Assembly (NCBI GenBank): GCA_020847715.1
Contig: JADLBM010000007.1
Location: 8,624-72,623, forward strand
Length of the DNA: 64,000 bases
Source of the DNA: Candidatus Yanofskybacteria bacterium
GTDB taxonomy: Bacteria; Patescibacteriota; Minisyncoccia; 2-02-FULL-40-12; GWA2-44-9
Direction of reading: 5' to 3'
The translations under genes and the position numbers were made by a program. Shown here in pieces: positions 36,104-46,488 of this stretch (position 1 is the first letter of the stretch; every line of letters begins with the position of its first letter). The notes beneath the pieces are model-generated. The model did no database searches. It was not told the DNA's origin and saw nothing but the letters and a program-made list of their open reading frames with translations.

Positions 36104-36916
36104 ATGCCAACCCGAACACAGATCGTCTGCACTATCGGTCCCGCCTCGAAGGAACCCGCCGTACTCGATGCGCTCATCGCGCACGGGATGGATGTGGCAC
36201 GGCTGAACTTCAGCCACGGCACCCACGACGAGCACCGCGTACTCATCGAGAACATCCGCGCCGCTGCGCAGCGTGCCGGACGCGTCATCCCCATCATCCA
36301 AGACCTCTCCGGCCCTCGCGTGCAGACCGGTAGCGAGCATCACATGGACCCGAACGCGGTACAGGTTATCACAGAGAAAGACCTCACTGACCTCGACTTC
36401 GGTCTCTCGCAGTGGGTTGAGTATGTATGCCTTTCGTTCGTCGGCTCCGCGAAAGACGTAAACGACCTACGTGCCGAAATTGCCAAACGAAACGGTGGCG
36501 TTCCTGCCGAAAAAGGGTTGCCGAAGGTGATGGCCAAGGTCGAGCGAAAAGAAGCGCTCGAGAACATCGAAGAGATTATCACGGCAAGCGATGCCATTAT
36601 GCTCGGACGCGGCGACCTCGGACAGAACATTCCGCTCGAGCAGGTGCCGTTCGCTGAGGCGCTCGTCGTGCACCACTGTAAAGAGCATCGCACCCCCGTC
36701 ATTGTCGCGACTGAAATGCTCAAGAGCATGGTAGAGAATCCCGAGCCGACCCGCGCCGAGATTACCGACATTGCCTACGCCATTATTCTCGGCGCCGACG
36801 CGGTGATGCTCTCCGAAGAAACAGCCCGCGGGAAATACCCTGTCGAGGCCGTTACCTACATGGAACGCGTCTGCACAGAGGCCGAGAAGTACGAGCGCGA
36901 CGTGAACGCGCTCTAA
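36104..36916 (+). CDS. pyk: Pyruvate kinase-like protein, A (TIM-barrel) domain only (270 aa; no B lid or C-terminal domain)
   Basis: PK motifs TQIVCTIGPAS, QDLSGPRVQTG (cf LDTKGPEIRTG), KVERKEALENIEEI...IMLGRGDLG, MLSEETARGKYPVEAV; TATAAT immediately upstream of the ATG. Confidence 0.7.
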   Translation: MPTRTQIVCTIGPASKEPAVLDALIAHGMDVARLNFSHGTHDEHRVLIENIRAAAQRAGRVIPIIQDLSGPRVQTGSEHHMDPNAVQVITEKDLTDLDFGLSQWVEYVCLSFVGSAKDVNDLRAEIAKRNGGVPAEKGLPKVMAKVERKEALENIEEIITASDAIMLGRGDLGQNIPLEQVPFAEALVVHHCKEHRTPVIVATEMLKSMVENPEPTRAEITDIAYAIILGADAVMLSEETARGKYPVEAVTYMERVCTEAEKYERDVNAL

Positions 36917-36946
36917 GAAAAAGCCCCCGACAGGGTCGAAGGCATG

Positions 36947-37453
36947 TTACTCTGAGATGTCCGTCCGTTCATGGAGGCGCTTGATGCGCTCGTTCGTGCC
37001 GGTAGCGTCGGTACTGTACCGCCAGTCCCAGCTGATGGCTCGGAGCTGGCACAGTCCGCGGAGAACCGCGCGCCTTCCCACCCACTTCGCCGCCTGAACA
37101 TCGGCAGGATGCTCACAGGCAATCTCGTCGGCAAGCGTCGCGTACTGCCCCAGACCGCACGCTCGCTGAGGATGCGCAAGCTCATGAGCGAACATGCCTT
37201 CGAGCGCTTCGCGATCCATCTCCTCCAAGAGAATCGGGCTCACGATGATGGCAACAATGTTGTCTCGAACTCGCGTCCTCGTGTCCACGATGCCCCGTGC
37301 TCTCCACGCCGGTGCCACCGCAACAACGACGCGGTATTCCAGTCCGTATGACCGCGCCTGCGCCTGCACCCGCTCGGTGAGCGCGGTGTCGATGTGGTAC
37401 AGCTCGTTCACTCCGGCAAGCGCAAGTACGACTGCAAGCAGTGCGTGCCCCAT
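36947..37453 (-). CDS. Putative secreted zinc metallopeptidase (HExxH: FAHELAH)
   Basis: N-terminal hydrophobic signal/anchor, HELAH motif followed by GLG. Confidence 0.5.
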   Translation of the reverse strand: MGHALLAVVLALAGVNELYHIDTALTERVQAQARSYGLEYRVVVAVAPAWRARGIVDTRTRVRDNIVAIIVSPILLEEMDREALEGMFAHELAHPQRACGLGQYATLADEIACEHPADVQAAKWVGRRAVLRGLCQLRAISWDWRYSTDATGTNERIKRLHERTDISE

Positions 37454-37455
37454 GA

Positions 37456-38010
37456 TTACCTCCGGCGATGTAACCGCGGCAGGCGCTCATCGATGAGCCG
37501 GCGGCGAATCTCGGCAAGCGCCTGCGCTGCCATGTGGAGATGCATCCGATGATACGCAATCAGCGCCGCCTCCACCGCAGCCGGACCCGCATAGCGGGCG
37601 GCCTCATGGTCCACAGCGGACTCGCACGAGATGTACTCCTCCAAGCTTCCGAGGCTCTGACAGGTTACTCCGAGCCCCATGTGGGCAACCTCGTGTGCCA
37701 CAAGGCCACTGAGCGCGAGCTCGCTGAACGTCGAGGCCTCGAACTCTTCGCTGTAGATAGCCACCACGCCGACACCCTTGATGGGATCGGTCGCGAACAC
37801 GGGCGAGAAGCGTCCTTCGGGCTGCCGACAGCGTACGAGCCGCTCGGTGACGCCAGCCGTTGCGAAGTGCTTCGCGAAGAGTCGCTCGACACGATTGGCC
37901 GGATCGGACTCCTGAACAACACACGGAGGGCTCCAGAAGTACTGCGCGCCGGGTTTCATCGCTTCTGCCGGTGTGATCTGCAGGAGTAGGACGGCAATGA
38001 GTCCGAACAT
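37456..38010 (-). CDS. Putative secreted zinc metallopeptidase (HExxH: VAHEVAHM), paralog of the downstream gene
   Basis: Signal peptide; HEVAH + GLG; same architecture as 36947-37453. Confidence 0.5.
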   Translation of the reverse strand: MFGLIAVLLLQITPAEAMKPGAQYFWSPPCVVQESDPANRVERLFAKHFATAGVTERLVRCRQPEGRFSPVFATDPIKGVGVVAIYSEEFEASTFSELALSGLVAHEVAHMGLGVTCQSLGSLEEYISCESAVDHEAARYAGPAAVEAALIAYHRMHLHMAAQALAEIRRRLIDERLPRLHRRR

Positions 38011-38075
38011 GGCTCCTCCTTGTACGAGAGCTATCGCTGTGATATCTTACAAATAGAATCTTGTCAAGGAGCGCC

Positions 38076-38286
38076 CGTGACCAACGATCCGTCGATTCAG
38101 AATATCCTCAACCTCGTTCCGTTGCCTGCGCACTGCGTGCATCGATGTCAGTGCAGCTGCCACAACGATCCAAGCGCCCGCCACATCATGGCGTGTTGCA
38201 CCGGTTGCGGCCATGGCCACTCGCAGATTATGGAGGCGTTCATGGAAGCGCACCTCCACGCCTGCCACACGATTAGAAAATCGTAG
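38076..38286 (+). CDS. Cys/His-rich small protein (about 70 aa), GTG start
   Basis: AAGGAG 6 nt upstream of GTG; HCVHRCQCSCH...ACCTGCGHGH...HLHACH metal-binding-like clusters. Confidence 0.4.
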
Positions 38287-38399
38287 CTCCCCGCCCACGC
38301 TTGCCGTGGGCTTTTTTGTATGATATAAAATCACCGGTTCGTTTCACCAGAGTTTTCACCGACACACCTGCCGCACCCGCTAGAACAAAGGAGACACAC

Positions 38400-39038
38400 A
38401 TGAGCGCCAGCGAACGACTCGCCCAGGAAGACCGAATCCTGCGCGAGATCCGCCTGTCCCTCTCAACGTTCCGCACCATGCGGCAAGACAAACCCCACCG
38501 CAAGGGAGTTGTCTATGCCAGCGCACCGATCACATCGGGCTTTAGGCTCTATGAAGAAGCAAGGGCGCATGGATTCATCGATGCTGGCGAGTTTCGCCGA
38601 GCAATGAACCCCCTCTTCCGAGAGCGGGTATTTCTCCCGAACCTCGCCGAAGGAATTCGCTTCGGAGGCGAACTCCGTGAACTCGGCTGGCGCCAGGTCA
38701 TCGTGCCTGGCCAGTTCTTCGCAGAAGGATGGACTCAAGAGCACTACATGTCGCTCTGGCGCCAAGTCATCGTGCGCCACACGCGAACGGTCGCATTCGC
38801 GGACGACTGGGCGTGGTCGCTCGGGTGCTCCGAAGAGTTCATCATCGCTCTCCAGCACGAGAAGCAAGCGCTGACCCAAAACGGAAAGCTGCTTCCTTGG
38901 AAAGCCGGCCTGGACGCAATGCGTCCGGCAATGGACGCCATCGACGGCTACGGCTTCGACGTGAAGAAGCACTACGAGCTCTGGCGCCAAGCCACACTCA
39001 CGCTCGAAGCTCTCCAAGAAGAGCGAAAGATTTCCTGA
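38400..39038 (+). CDS. Hypothetical protein (212 aa)
   Basis: AAAGGAG RBS upstream of the ATG at 38400; no domain recognised. Confidence 0.55.
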   Translation: MSASERLAQEDRILREIRLSLSTFRTMRQDKPHRKGVVYASAPITSGFRLYEEARAHGFIDAGEFRRAMNPLFRERVFLPNLAEGIRFGGELRELGWRQVIVPGQFFAEGWTQEHYMSLWRQVIVRHTRTVAFADDWAWSLGCSEEFIIALQHEKQALTQNGKLLPWKAGLDAMRPAMDAIDGYGFDVKKHYELWRQATLTLEALQEERKIS

Positions 39039-39123
39039 GCATCCACCCCCGGACACTGTCCGGGGGTTTTCATGTACTGGAATCAAAAAGCCCCTCTGCG
39101 AATACAGGGGGCTGCCTCACTTT

Positions 39124-39444
39124 CTAATCGGGACACGGGAGCATGGCGATGATACCTTCAAGCGCCTCGCGATGCGTGACTGCTCGGTGTGCGCAGACAA
39201 GTCGCTCCGCCCCGACATGATGCACCAGCCGATCGCGCTCGGCGATGGCGAATGCACGGTAGACGATGGCGGTCTGCTCATCGGGGGCCAGCGTCATCTC
39301 CCGTGTCTGCCCAAAGATCTCGTAGAGGAGATGGAACTTGCCGATGGTACGACCCCACTGGCGCGTCATCTGGGGATTTCGAAGGAACGCATGCACCATC
39401 GCACAACAGGCGACCTCACTGAACACGACCTGTCGCTTCGTCAT
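39124..39444 (-). CDS. Hypothetical small protein
   Basis: ORF divergent from the secreted-protein gene; start uncertain. Confidence 0.3.
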   Translation of the reverse strand: MTKRQVVFSEVACCAMVHAFLRNPQMTRQWGRTIGKFHLLYEIFGQTREMTLAPDEQTAIVYRAFAIAERDRLVHHVGAERLVCAHRAVTHREALEGIIAMLPCPD

Positions 39445-39547
39445 CATGAGTCCTCCCTGCTCGAGAGCTAGGCGCATTTCAGCACAGCGGCTCGCCATTG
39501 TCCACCAGACGTCTTGTGATGCACGCATTGCCCCGTATACTACAGGT

Positions 39548-40624
39548 ATGAAAAAACTCTTCCTCATGGGGCTCATGCTCGGCATCGCCGGCATCGTGAC
39601 CATCGCGGCACGCCCTGCCGCAGCCGTTCCGCCTGCAACGGTCGATATCTTTGGCGCACCGCTCCATGACGGCGACCTCATCTCAGCAAACCAGAGCGCC
39701 GGAGACCCCGACATCTTCATTATCAAATTCAAAGGATTCACGGGCTACGCGACACCGGGCGCTGACTACGGCGACTACAACGGCTTCAAGCGCCTCTTCC
39801 TCAATCCCGCCATCTTCAGTATGTACGGCCACCTTGGCGGCTATGCTCGCGTCCGTCAGGTTACCGCCGCAGTCCGTGATTCATTTGTGACCTCCGGCAT
39901 TTTCCGCAACTGCGAGACGAACGATCAGACGGTATGGGCCACCGAAGTGACCGGCGAAGACAGCGGTGTCCTCCACCATGTCCAGATGACCGGCGAGCAG
40001 GCCACCGCAGAAGATGCACGATTCTTCGATAAGGTATTCTGCATCAACTCACGCGAGGATAACTACTACGCAAAGAGCATCACGCCGTACACCCGCATCG
40101 CCGACATTCCGCAGTACTTCCGCCGTGCATGCCAAGTCCGCCCCGCGTGCCTTGATACGAAGCCGTCGTGCAGCATTCCGGAACCCGTTGAAGGATGGTG
40201 CCCCGTCACCACACCAACTCCCCCTCCTGGCTGCTACTACCAGCAGGTGCAGTGTATACAGGCCCCCTGCAATCCAGTCCTCGTTTGCCCCACTCCAATC
40301 CCAACTCCGACGATTACCAGCGTCACCATTCCGACGCTCACCTCCTATCAGTCGTCGGCAACGGTAACCCTGTCGGGATACCTCCCGAATCCCTGCTATA
40401 CCCTCAACCCCGTAACGGTAACCCGCAGCGGACACGTATTCGACATCAGCCTCACAATGGTGAGCACGCTCGGCCCCACCGACGGAGCATGCATCCAAAC
40501 CATCAGCACCTTCACGACAGGAGCGGTGCTCGACCTCGCCTCCGCCCCCGTTGGCCAGAACGATGTACGCGTGAACGGTGTTCTCAAGGGTAGTATCTAC
40601 CGCCACGGCATCCCGACCTACTAG
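39548..40624 (+). CDS. Secreted Cys-rich protein with Pro/Thr-rich linker
   Basis: Signal peptide MKKLFLMGLMLGIAGIVTIAARPAAA; promoter TTGTGA-16-TATACT upstream; Pro/Thr-rich linker between two Cys-containing halves. Confidence 0.6.
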   Translation: MKKLFLMGLMLGIAGIVTIAARPAAAVPPATVDIFGAPLHDGDLISANQSAGDPDIFIIKFKGFTGYATPGADYGDYNGFKRLFLNPAIFSMYGHLGGYARVRQVTAAVRDSFVTSGIFRNCETNDQTVWATEVTGEDSGVLHHVQMTGEQATAEDARFFDKVFCINSREDNYYAKSITPYTRIADIPQYFRRACQVRPACLDTKPSCSIPEPVEGWCPVTTPTPPPGCYYQQVQCIQAPCNPVLVCPTPIPTPTITSVTIPTLTSYQSSATVTLSGYLPNPCYTLNPVTVTRSGHVFDISLTMVSTLGPTDGACIQTISTFTTGAVLDLASAPVGQNDVRVNGVLKGSIYRHGIPTY

Positions 40625-40627
40625 TAC

Positions 40628-40660
40628 CAAAAAACCGCTGCCCTTTGGGGCGGCGGTTTT
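40628..40660. terminator. Bidirectional terminator
   Basis: AAAAAACCGCTGCCC-TTTG-GGGCGGCGGTTTTTT. Confidence 0.7.
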
Positions 40661-40663
40661 TTG

Positions 40664-42514
40664 TTACTGCTGAGAGCCTTCGTCGATGGCCTTGCGACGA
40701 GCGCGGTCGCGGTCAACCTTCGTGAGGAACCGCTTTCGGAATCGAATATCCTTCGGGGTCACCTCGAGGAGTTCGTCATCTTCAATCCAGTCGAGTGCCT
40801 GCTCCAGCGACATGAGAATTGGCGGGGCGAGGATGGTAATGCCATCGCTCCCCTTTGAGCGCATGTTGGAGAGCGCCTTTCCTTTGGCGACATTAATCTC
40901 CATATCCTCGCGGCGCGCGTTCTGCCCAATAATGCGACCTTCGTAGACCTCAGTCCCAGGGCCGATAAAGGTCACCCCGCGACCCTGTGCGATATCAAGG
41001 CCAAACGCGACTGCGGTTCCCGACTCGGAAGCGATGAGCGCGCCCGTGCGCTCACGCGGCGGCAGATCCCAGAGCGGTTCATGCTTCAGGTAGATACTGT
41101 TGATGACCACCGTCCCCTTCGTTGCGGTCATCAGAATGCTTCGCAATCCGAGGAACGCGCGCGTCGGCATGTGCCACACGAGACGACTGTAGCCGTTGCC
41201 GTGGTTAATGAGGTCGGTCATCTGCGCCTTCCGCTTTCCGAACTCGGTCGTCACCGCTCCCACGTACTCTTCAGGAACATCCACCGTGACTTCTTCAATC
41301 GGCTCCGTTTTCTGTCCGCCGTCGTCGCGGAAAATAACTTCCGGCTTCGAAATTTCCATTTCAAAACCCTCACGGCGAAGTGTTTCAATGAATACCGAGA
41401 GGTGCAACTCGCCGCGACCGGCAAGAGCGTAGCGCCCGTCACCTGTCGGGGAAACACGGAATCCAATGTTGGTCTCCAGCTCGCGCTCGAGGCGCTCGCC
41501 AATCTGACGACCCGTCAGCAGCGTGCCTTCGCGCCCGACAAACGGTGATGTGTTCGGTCCGATAGTAATACGGAGTGTCGGCTCCTCAACGCGAATCGTC
41601 GGGAGCGCTTCGGGCACAGCGATGTCCGCAATCGTGTCACCGATATGGGCATCGGTCGCGCCGGTGACCGCAACGATATCCCCCGCCTCTGCCCGCTGCA
41701 CCTCGGAACGGCGGAGTCCGTCGTAGACGAATACCTTATCAATACGACCGGTCGCCTGCTTCCCGTCGGGATGCACGATAGCAACTGCGGCACCAGGAAC
41801 CGCCGCACCTCGAACGAGCTTTCCGATAGCATACCGACCCTGATAGTTGTCGCGGTCCAACGCCGCGACGAGCAGCTGCAGCGTACCGTTCACATCGCCC
41901 TGCGGCGCGGGAACATACGAGAGAATGGTATCAAATATAGGCCGCAAGTCGCCGGGAGCTTCCATTTCCTCCGATGTCGGAAGATGGTCCCACGCCTTCC
42001 CTTGGCGCCCGATAGCGTACATGACCGGAAACTCAAGGTGATGCTCCTCCTGCGCAAGCTGAAGGAAAAGATTCGTCGTCTCATCGATGGTGCGCTTGAT
42101 CTGCGCCCCCGGCTTGTCAATCTTGTTCACCAGCACGATGACCCGCAATCCAAGGTCGAGCGCCTTCTTGAGCACGAACTTCGTTTGCGGCATTGGGCCT
42201 TCCTGAGCGTCTACCAGAAGGATGGCGCCGTCGGCCATGTTGAGTGTGCGCTCCACCTCTCCGCCAAAGTCGGCGTGCCCTGGCGTGTCTACGATATTAA
42301 TCTTCGCCCCTTTGTAGTGAACCGCGGTGTTCTTCGCAAGAATGGTGATGCCACGCTCCCGCTCCTGATCATTGGAGTCCATGATGAGGTCTTGCCCCAA
42401 TTCCTGCGCTTTCTCATGGAATGTGCCCGATTGCTTCAGCAAAAAGTCCACAAGCGTGGTTTTGCCGTGGTCAACGTGAGCAATAATGGCGATATTCCGG
42501 ATATCTTGAGGCAT
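40664..42514 (-). CDS. typA: Translational GTPase TypA/BipA
   Basis: [19 protein letters not shown]...DTPGHADF...NKID; full-length BipA. Confidence 0.95.
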   Translation of the reverse strand: MPQDIRNIAIIAHVDHGKTTLVDFLLKQSGTFHEKAQELGQDLIMDSNDQERERGITILAKNTAVHYKGAKINIVDTPGHADFGGEVERTLNMADGAILLVDAQEGPMPQTKFVLKKALDLGLRVIVLVNKIDKPGAQIKRTIDETTNLFLQLAQEEHHLEFPVMYAIGRQGKAWDHLPTSEEMEAPGDLRPIFDTILSYVPAPQGDVNGTLQLLVAALDRDNYQGRYAIGKLVRGAAVPGAAVAIVHPDGKQATGRIDKVFVYDGLRRSEVQRAEAGDIVAVTGATDAHIGDTIADIAVPEALPTIRVEEPTLRITIGPNTSPFVGREGTLLTGRQIGERLERELETNIGFRVSPTGDGRYALAGRGELHLSVFIETLRREGFEMEISKPEVIFRDDGGQKTEPIEEVTVDVPEEYVGAVTTEFGKRKAQMTDLINHGNGYSRLVWHMPTRAFLGLRSILMTATKGTVVINSIYLKHEPLWDLPPRERTGALIASESGTAVAFGLDIAQGRGVTFIGPGTEVYEGRIIGQNARREDMEINVAKGKALSNMRSKGSDGITILAPPILMSLEQALDWIEDDELLEVTPKDIRFRKRFLTKVDRDRARRKAIDEGSQQ

Positions 42515-42601
42515 AGTCGTAGGGGAGAAACGTCAGCGCATTATATCAGAGATTACACTGTCGTGCAATGACATATTGACCTTTGATTATTTTATTGTAT
42601 T

Positions 42602-43012
42602 ATGTTGTCAGTTCTTCCCACGGAGGTGCCTACGCTCACTCGATTCTCTGCGCTCGTCCTCTCTCGACTCAGGGAGCTCACAAACACGGAGCTCACCGCG
42701 TGGGCGCTGCTTGTCTCCTGCCTTGTGAGCTTCCGCATTCCAGTCGCCGGCAGCGTCCTCGGATGCATCGTGGTCGGCTGGCTCCTCGGGCAGGCTCAGG
42801 TCAAGCCACCTGCCGCCATTCCGGCTCTCTGGGGCGCAGTCATCGGTGGAGCGCTCCCCCAGACCCTCACCCTCGGTATCACCGACCGGAAGTGGGGCAT
42901 GCTCCTCGCCATGATCATCCTGTCCGCATACGCCGGCGTCTTTCGCTGGCTCTCGACGCTCACCTACCACGAAGAGCTCGAGCGTCGCTCCTGTTCACGG
43001 AGGAACTCATGA
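42602..43012 (+). CDS. Hypothetical membrane protein
   Basis: ORF with three hydrophobic segments. Confidence 0.4.
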   Translation: MLSVLPTEVPTLTRFSALVLSRLRELTNTELTAWALLVSCLVSFRIPVAGSVLGCIVVGWLLGQAQVKPPAAIPALWGAVIGGALPQTLTLGITDRKWGMLLAMIILSAYAGVFRWLSTLTYHEELERRSCSRRNS

Positions 43013-43314
43013 AGAACGCAGCTCGCATCGTCGTCGGCGTAGGACTTGCGGTACTCGGAACGCAGGCCTTCAACTTCGTCGGAGCCCTCATCGCAGGGTT
43101 CATCCTCGGAGCGATCGCATCATTCCAGAACAATCGGAATGCGGCGCTCGTTCTACTGGGATCTGGCATCGCAGGAACCGCCGCGTTCCCGCCGGATTTC
43201 CTGACGCTCTTGTTTGGCCAGGGATTCGGGGTCGGGGTCGCCCTTCTGGGATTCACCATCTTCGCCGTCATCGCATTCATCGCCACAGAAACCATTCGGA
43301 GTCTCTGGCCATGA
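43009..43314 (+). CDS. Hypothetical small membrane protein
   Basis: ATGA overlap with the upstream gene; Gly-rich TM helices. Confidence 0.4.
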   Translation: MKNAARIVVGVGLAVLGTQAFNFVGALIAGFILGAIASFQNNRNAALVLLGSGIAGTAAFPPDFLTLLFGQGFGVGVALLGFTIFAVIAFIATETIRSLWP

Positions 43315-43320
43315 ACCCTC

Positions 43321-43352
43321 TGCGGGCTTCTTCGGAAGCCCGCGTTTTTGTA
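43321..43352 (+). terminator. Rho-independent terminator
   Basis: CTGCGGGCTTC-TTCG-GAAGCCCGCG followed by TTTTT. Confidence 0.7.
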
Positions 43353-43355
43353 TAC

Positions 43356-45005
43356 CTAGTCAGTGCGAATATGGGCGAGCGCCCATGCACGATCAACATC
43401 TATCTTCTTGCCTGGATTGAAGATGCCCTTCGGGTCGAACAGCTGTTTCACCTGCCGGAACAGGTCGTACATCTTCGGTCCAAACTGCTTCCGCACCCAT
43501 GGACCACGAATAAGCCCGTCATTATGCTCTGCGGTAATTGAGCCGTGGTACTCGAGCACCAAGTCGTACACCTTCTCCGAGAGCTCTTCGATAACCTCTT
43601 TTGTCCGCGGAGCGGCAAGGTCCATGAGCGGGATGATGTGGAAGTTCCCGTTCCCTGCATGGCCTTGGATTGTCAGTGTTAGTCGGTATGGCTCAAGGAG
43701 TGGGTAGAGTTTTCCCAGAAACTCCGACACGAGCTCGACAGGCACGACGATGTCGTCGATGAATGGCACAGTCCGCTTCCCCGTCGTGTGGTGTCGAATG
43801 ACATTGAACGCCTGCCGACGAATGGTCCAGTACTTATGACTCTCCTCGGGACCGCTGGTCATACGCGCCTTGAGGTTGCGGCTCTTCAGTGCAGCAAGCG
43901 CAGCTTCGGCGCGCTTCGCCACCTCGCTCTCCACATCACCGGCAAATTCGGCCATTAAGACCAGCTTCGGCAATCCGCCGGTGAGCGTCATCCACGCTTC
44001 GGGGAGGAACTGGAGCCCCAACGAGACAATGTTCGACGCTCCCATGATGCGCACGAAATCCGGCAGGAATCGAACCGTAAATGAGAGCGTCTTGTCGTCG
44101 AACGATTCAAGAGACTCTGGCTCGAACGCAAGCAGGTCCTCCACCACCGTCGCAAGATACGGCAGGTCGCGTAAGAATGCGATAACCATACGCCGGTACT
44201 GTGGCGGCCGGATAAGTCCAAGAGTCGCCTGCGTTACAACGCCCAATGTTCCCTGCGAGCCGACCATCAGCTTTGTGAGATCGAAGGTCGTTCCGTCCCA
44301 CACGCGCCAAAGGTTGTATCCCGACGCGTTCTTACTGACCCTCGGATGATAGCGCTCAAGAAACTCCCGATGCTCGGTAACCAATTTCCACATCGCGCGG
44401 TAGAGATCCCCCTCGAACCCGACGCGACTCATTTTGTACTGCACACCACCGAAATCGAGCGGCTCGAATATGTATTCATTCCCGTCGGCGAGCACTGCAC
44501 GACATTGCCGCACCCAATCAACCGCCTGCCCGTACCGGAGCGTTCGTTCCCCAGCGGAATTGTTGGCAACCATGCCGCCGAGCGTACAAAGGTCGCGAGA
44601 CGCGGGATACACAGGATACTGCAGACCGCGCGCGAGTGTGGCGCGTTCGAAATCCCGATAGTACATCCCCGGCTGCACAATTGCGCTCCCGTCGTGGCCT
44701 CGGACCGCTTCATCACGGTTCACATCGAGCAGCCGGTTCAGGTGCCGCGTCATATCAAGAATGACTGACTCGCCGACCGCTCCTCCCGACATATCAGTAC
44801 CGGCACCCCTCGCTACCAGCGACACGCCACGATGCTCCGTCGCATAGCGCACCAGCGCACCGATGTCCTCGACACTCGTGGGAGCAACAACGACCTGCGG
44901 GCGCACTTCGAAAATGCTCGCATCGTGGCTGAACGCAGCCCGCGTAGCATCGGTGTCATCCACATCACCGCAACGAAGCCCTCGGAGATCGTCGGCGAGA
45001 CTCAT
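43356..45005 (-). CDS. FAD-linked oxidase (GlcD / D-lactate dehydrogenase-like)
   Basis: FAD-binding PCMH-type N-terminal domain (VVAPTSVEDIGALVRYATEHRGVSLVARGAGTDMSGGAV) plus C-terminal oxidase domain. Confidence 0.8.
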   Translation of the reverse strand: MSLADDLRGLRCGDVDDTDATRAAFSHDASIFEVRPQVVVAPTSVEDIGALVRYATEHRGVSLVARGAGTDMSGGAVGESVILDMTRHLNRLLDVNRDEAVRGHDGSAIVQPGMYYRDFERATLARGLQYPVYPASRDLCTLGGMVANNSAGERTLRYGQAVDWVRQCRAVLADGNEYIFEPLDFGGVQYKMSRVGFEGDLYRAMWKLVTEHREFLERYHPRVSKNASGYNLWRVWDGTTFDLTKLMVGSQGTLGVVTQATLGLIRPPQYRRMVIAFLRDLPYLATVVEDLLAFEPESLESFDDKTLSFTVRFLPDFVRIMGASNIVSLGLQFLPEAWMTLTGGLPKLVLMAEFAGDVESEVAKRAEAALAALKSRNLKARMTSGPEESHKYWTIRRQAFNVIRHHTTGKRTVPFIDDIVVPVELVSEFLGKLYPLLEPYRLTLTIQGHAGNGNFHIIPLMDLAAPRTKEVIEELSEKVYDLVLEYHGSITAEHNDGLIRGPWVRKQFGPKMYDLFRQVKQLFDPKGIFNPGKKIDVDRAWALAHIRTD

Positions 45006-45025
45006 ACCGACATTGTATCATGCAC

Positions 45026-45793
45026 CTAGAAGAGGAGGCGCCAGAATGCCACCGCAGCGATGAGGCGATAGACGCCAAACAAAGTGAAATCGTGCGTCCT
45101 CACAAATCGAAGGAGCCAGCGAATCGCAATGACCGCAACAACCCACGACACAACGAAGCCGACCGCAAGCAAACCGAACTGACTCTGCGTGAAGAGACTC
45201 GCAGAGCTGATGAGCTCCAAGCCGGTCGCCGCCGCCATGGTGGGGAGTGCGAGAAGGAACGAGAATTCAATGATGGCCCGCCGCGACATTCCCAGCATGA
45301 GGCCTCCACAAATGGTCGCCGCCGCCCGAGAAACCCCAGGAATCATCGCGACGGATTGCGAAAGTCCGACCAATAGCGCCGTACGATATGGCATCGTCGA
45401 GAGGTCTTCGTGGGCATCTGCCGGCTCAGCATACCAGCGTTCGAACACGATAAGGAGAACGCCCCCAAGGCCAAGCGACCAGAGCGTAACCGCCGGAGCC
45501 GCAAGGAGGCGCTTCACGAACGGATACAATGTGAGTCCAAGAACTCCTGTCGGAATAAATGCCACAATGACACGACTCAGTAGCTTGCGGCTCCGAAGCA
45601 GTGACGCTCCATAGAGCGTGAGCACCGCGAGAATCGCTCCCAGCTGAATGGCGATATCGAATGTGCGGAGAAAGTCACCGCTCGGGAGATTGAGTAAGCG
45701 ACCGGCAACGACCAGATGCCCAGTCGATGAGATTGGCAGAAATTCGGTAACACCTTCGATGATGCCGAGAATAATTGCGTGGAAATAATTCAT
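45026..45793 (-). CDS. uppP: Undecaprenyl-diphosphatase
   Basis: MNYFHAIILGIIEGVTEFLPISSTGHLV... BacA/UppP signature. Confidence 0.9.
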   Translation of the reverse strand: MNYFHAIILGIIEGVTEFLPISSTGHLVVAGRLLNLPSGDFLRTFDIAIQLGAILAVLTLYGASLLRSRKLLSRVIVAFIPTGVLGLTLYPFVKRLLAAPAVTLWSLGLGGVLLIVFERWYAEPADAHEDLSTMPYRTALLVGLSQSVAMIPGVSRAAATICGGLMLGMSRRAIIEFSFLLALPTMAAATGLELISSASLFTQSQFGLLAVGFVVSWVVAVIAIRWLLRFVRTHDFTLFGVYRLIAAVAFWRLLF

Positions 45794-45802
45794 GACGAAA
45801 CG

Positions 45803-46429
45803 TTACGAGAACAACCCCCGCTGATCCGGTTCGCGCGGCGGAACTCCGAACGGAACCGTATATGCGGAAAACTCGTCAAACAGTATCCGCCCATGGACAA
45901 GGCGAGAGAATGCTTCGGCCTCCATCTTCGCCCCCACCAACCCGTGGTGCGGCTTCGGCTCAGCCGGTAGTCCAGTGTACTGCAAGATAGCATCGCAGGA
46001 GAGGTCGCTCCGCCCCGCACGCGTAGGAACTACCGCTCCGGAGGACTTCATGTGCATCCACCCCATCGAATGCAGGTCGAGAACCCGATTCCCAAAATGC
46101 CATGCGAGATTATAGCGATCAGCACTTGCCTGCAAAAAATCCCTGTCGAACGCGGTATTATGACCGCCGAGCGTACGATTCTCTGCATCCCGACACCATC
46201 CGATAAACTGCCCAATGACCTCCTCAAGGGTTGGCTTTGCAGAATCGGTCACCTGCTCAATAGTGAATCCGTTCACCGCAAGCGCCTGCGGCTGCACCTG
46301 CGCCCCCTCGAAGATGCGACATTCGCGATAGAACTGCCGCTCCGGTCGTCCGAAATCAACTGCACCAATGGATACGATGGCGTGCAGTGCAGGATCGGTT
46401 CCGGTTGTTTCAACATCAACGACGATCAT
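45803..46429 (-). CDS. DEDD-family 3'-5' exonuclease (DnaQ/epsilon-like)
   Basis: MIVVDVETTG (Exo I), GHNTAFDRDFL (Exo II), HHGLVGAKMEAEAF (Exo III). Confidence 0.8.
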   Translation of the reverse strand: MIVVDVETTGTDPALHAIVSIGAVDFGRPERQFYRECRIFEGAQVQPQALAVNGFTIEQVTDSAKPTLEEVIGQFIGWCRDAENRTLGGHNTAFDRDFLQASADRYNLAWHFGNRVLDLHSMGWMHMKSSGAVVPTRAGRSDLSCDAILQYTGLPAEPKPHHGLVGAKMEAEAFSRLVHGRILFDEFSAYTVPFGVPPREPDQRGLFS

Positions 46430-46488
46430 ACTCGAGGACGGCCGACCCGCGAGGATCGGCCGTCCGCGCTACCACGACAGATATACTC

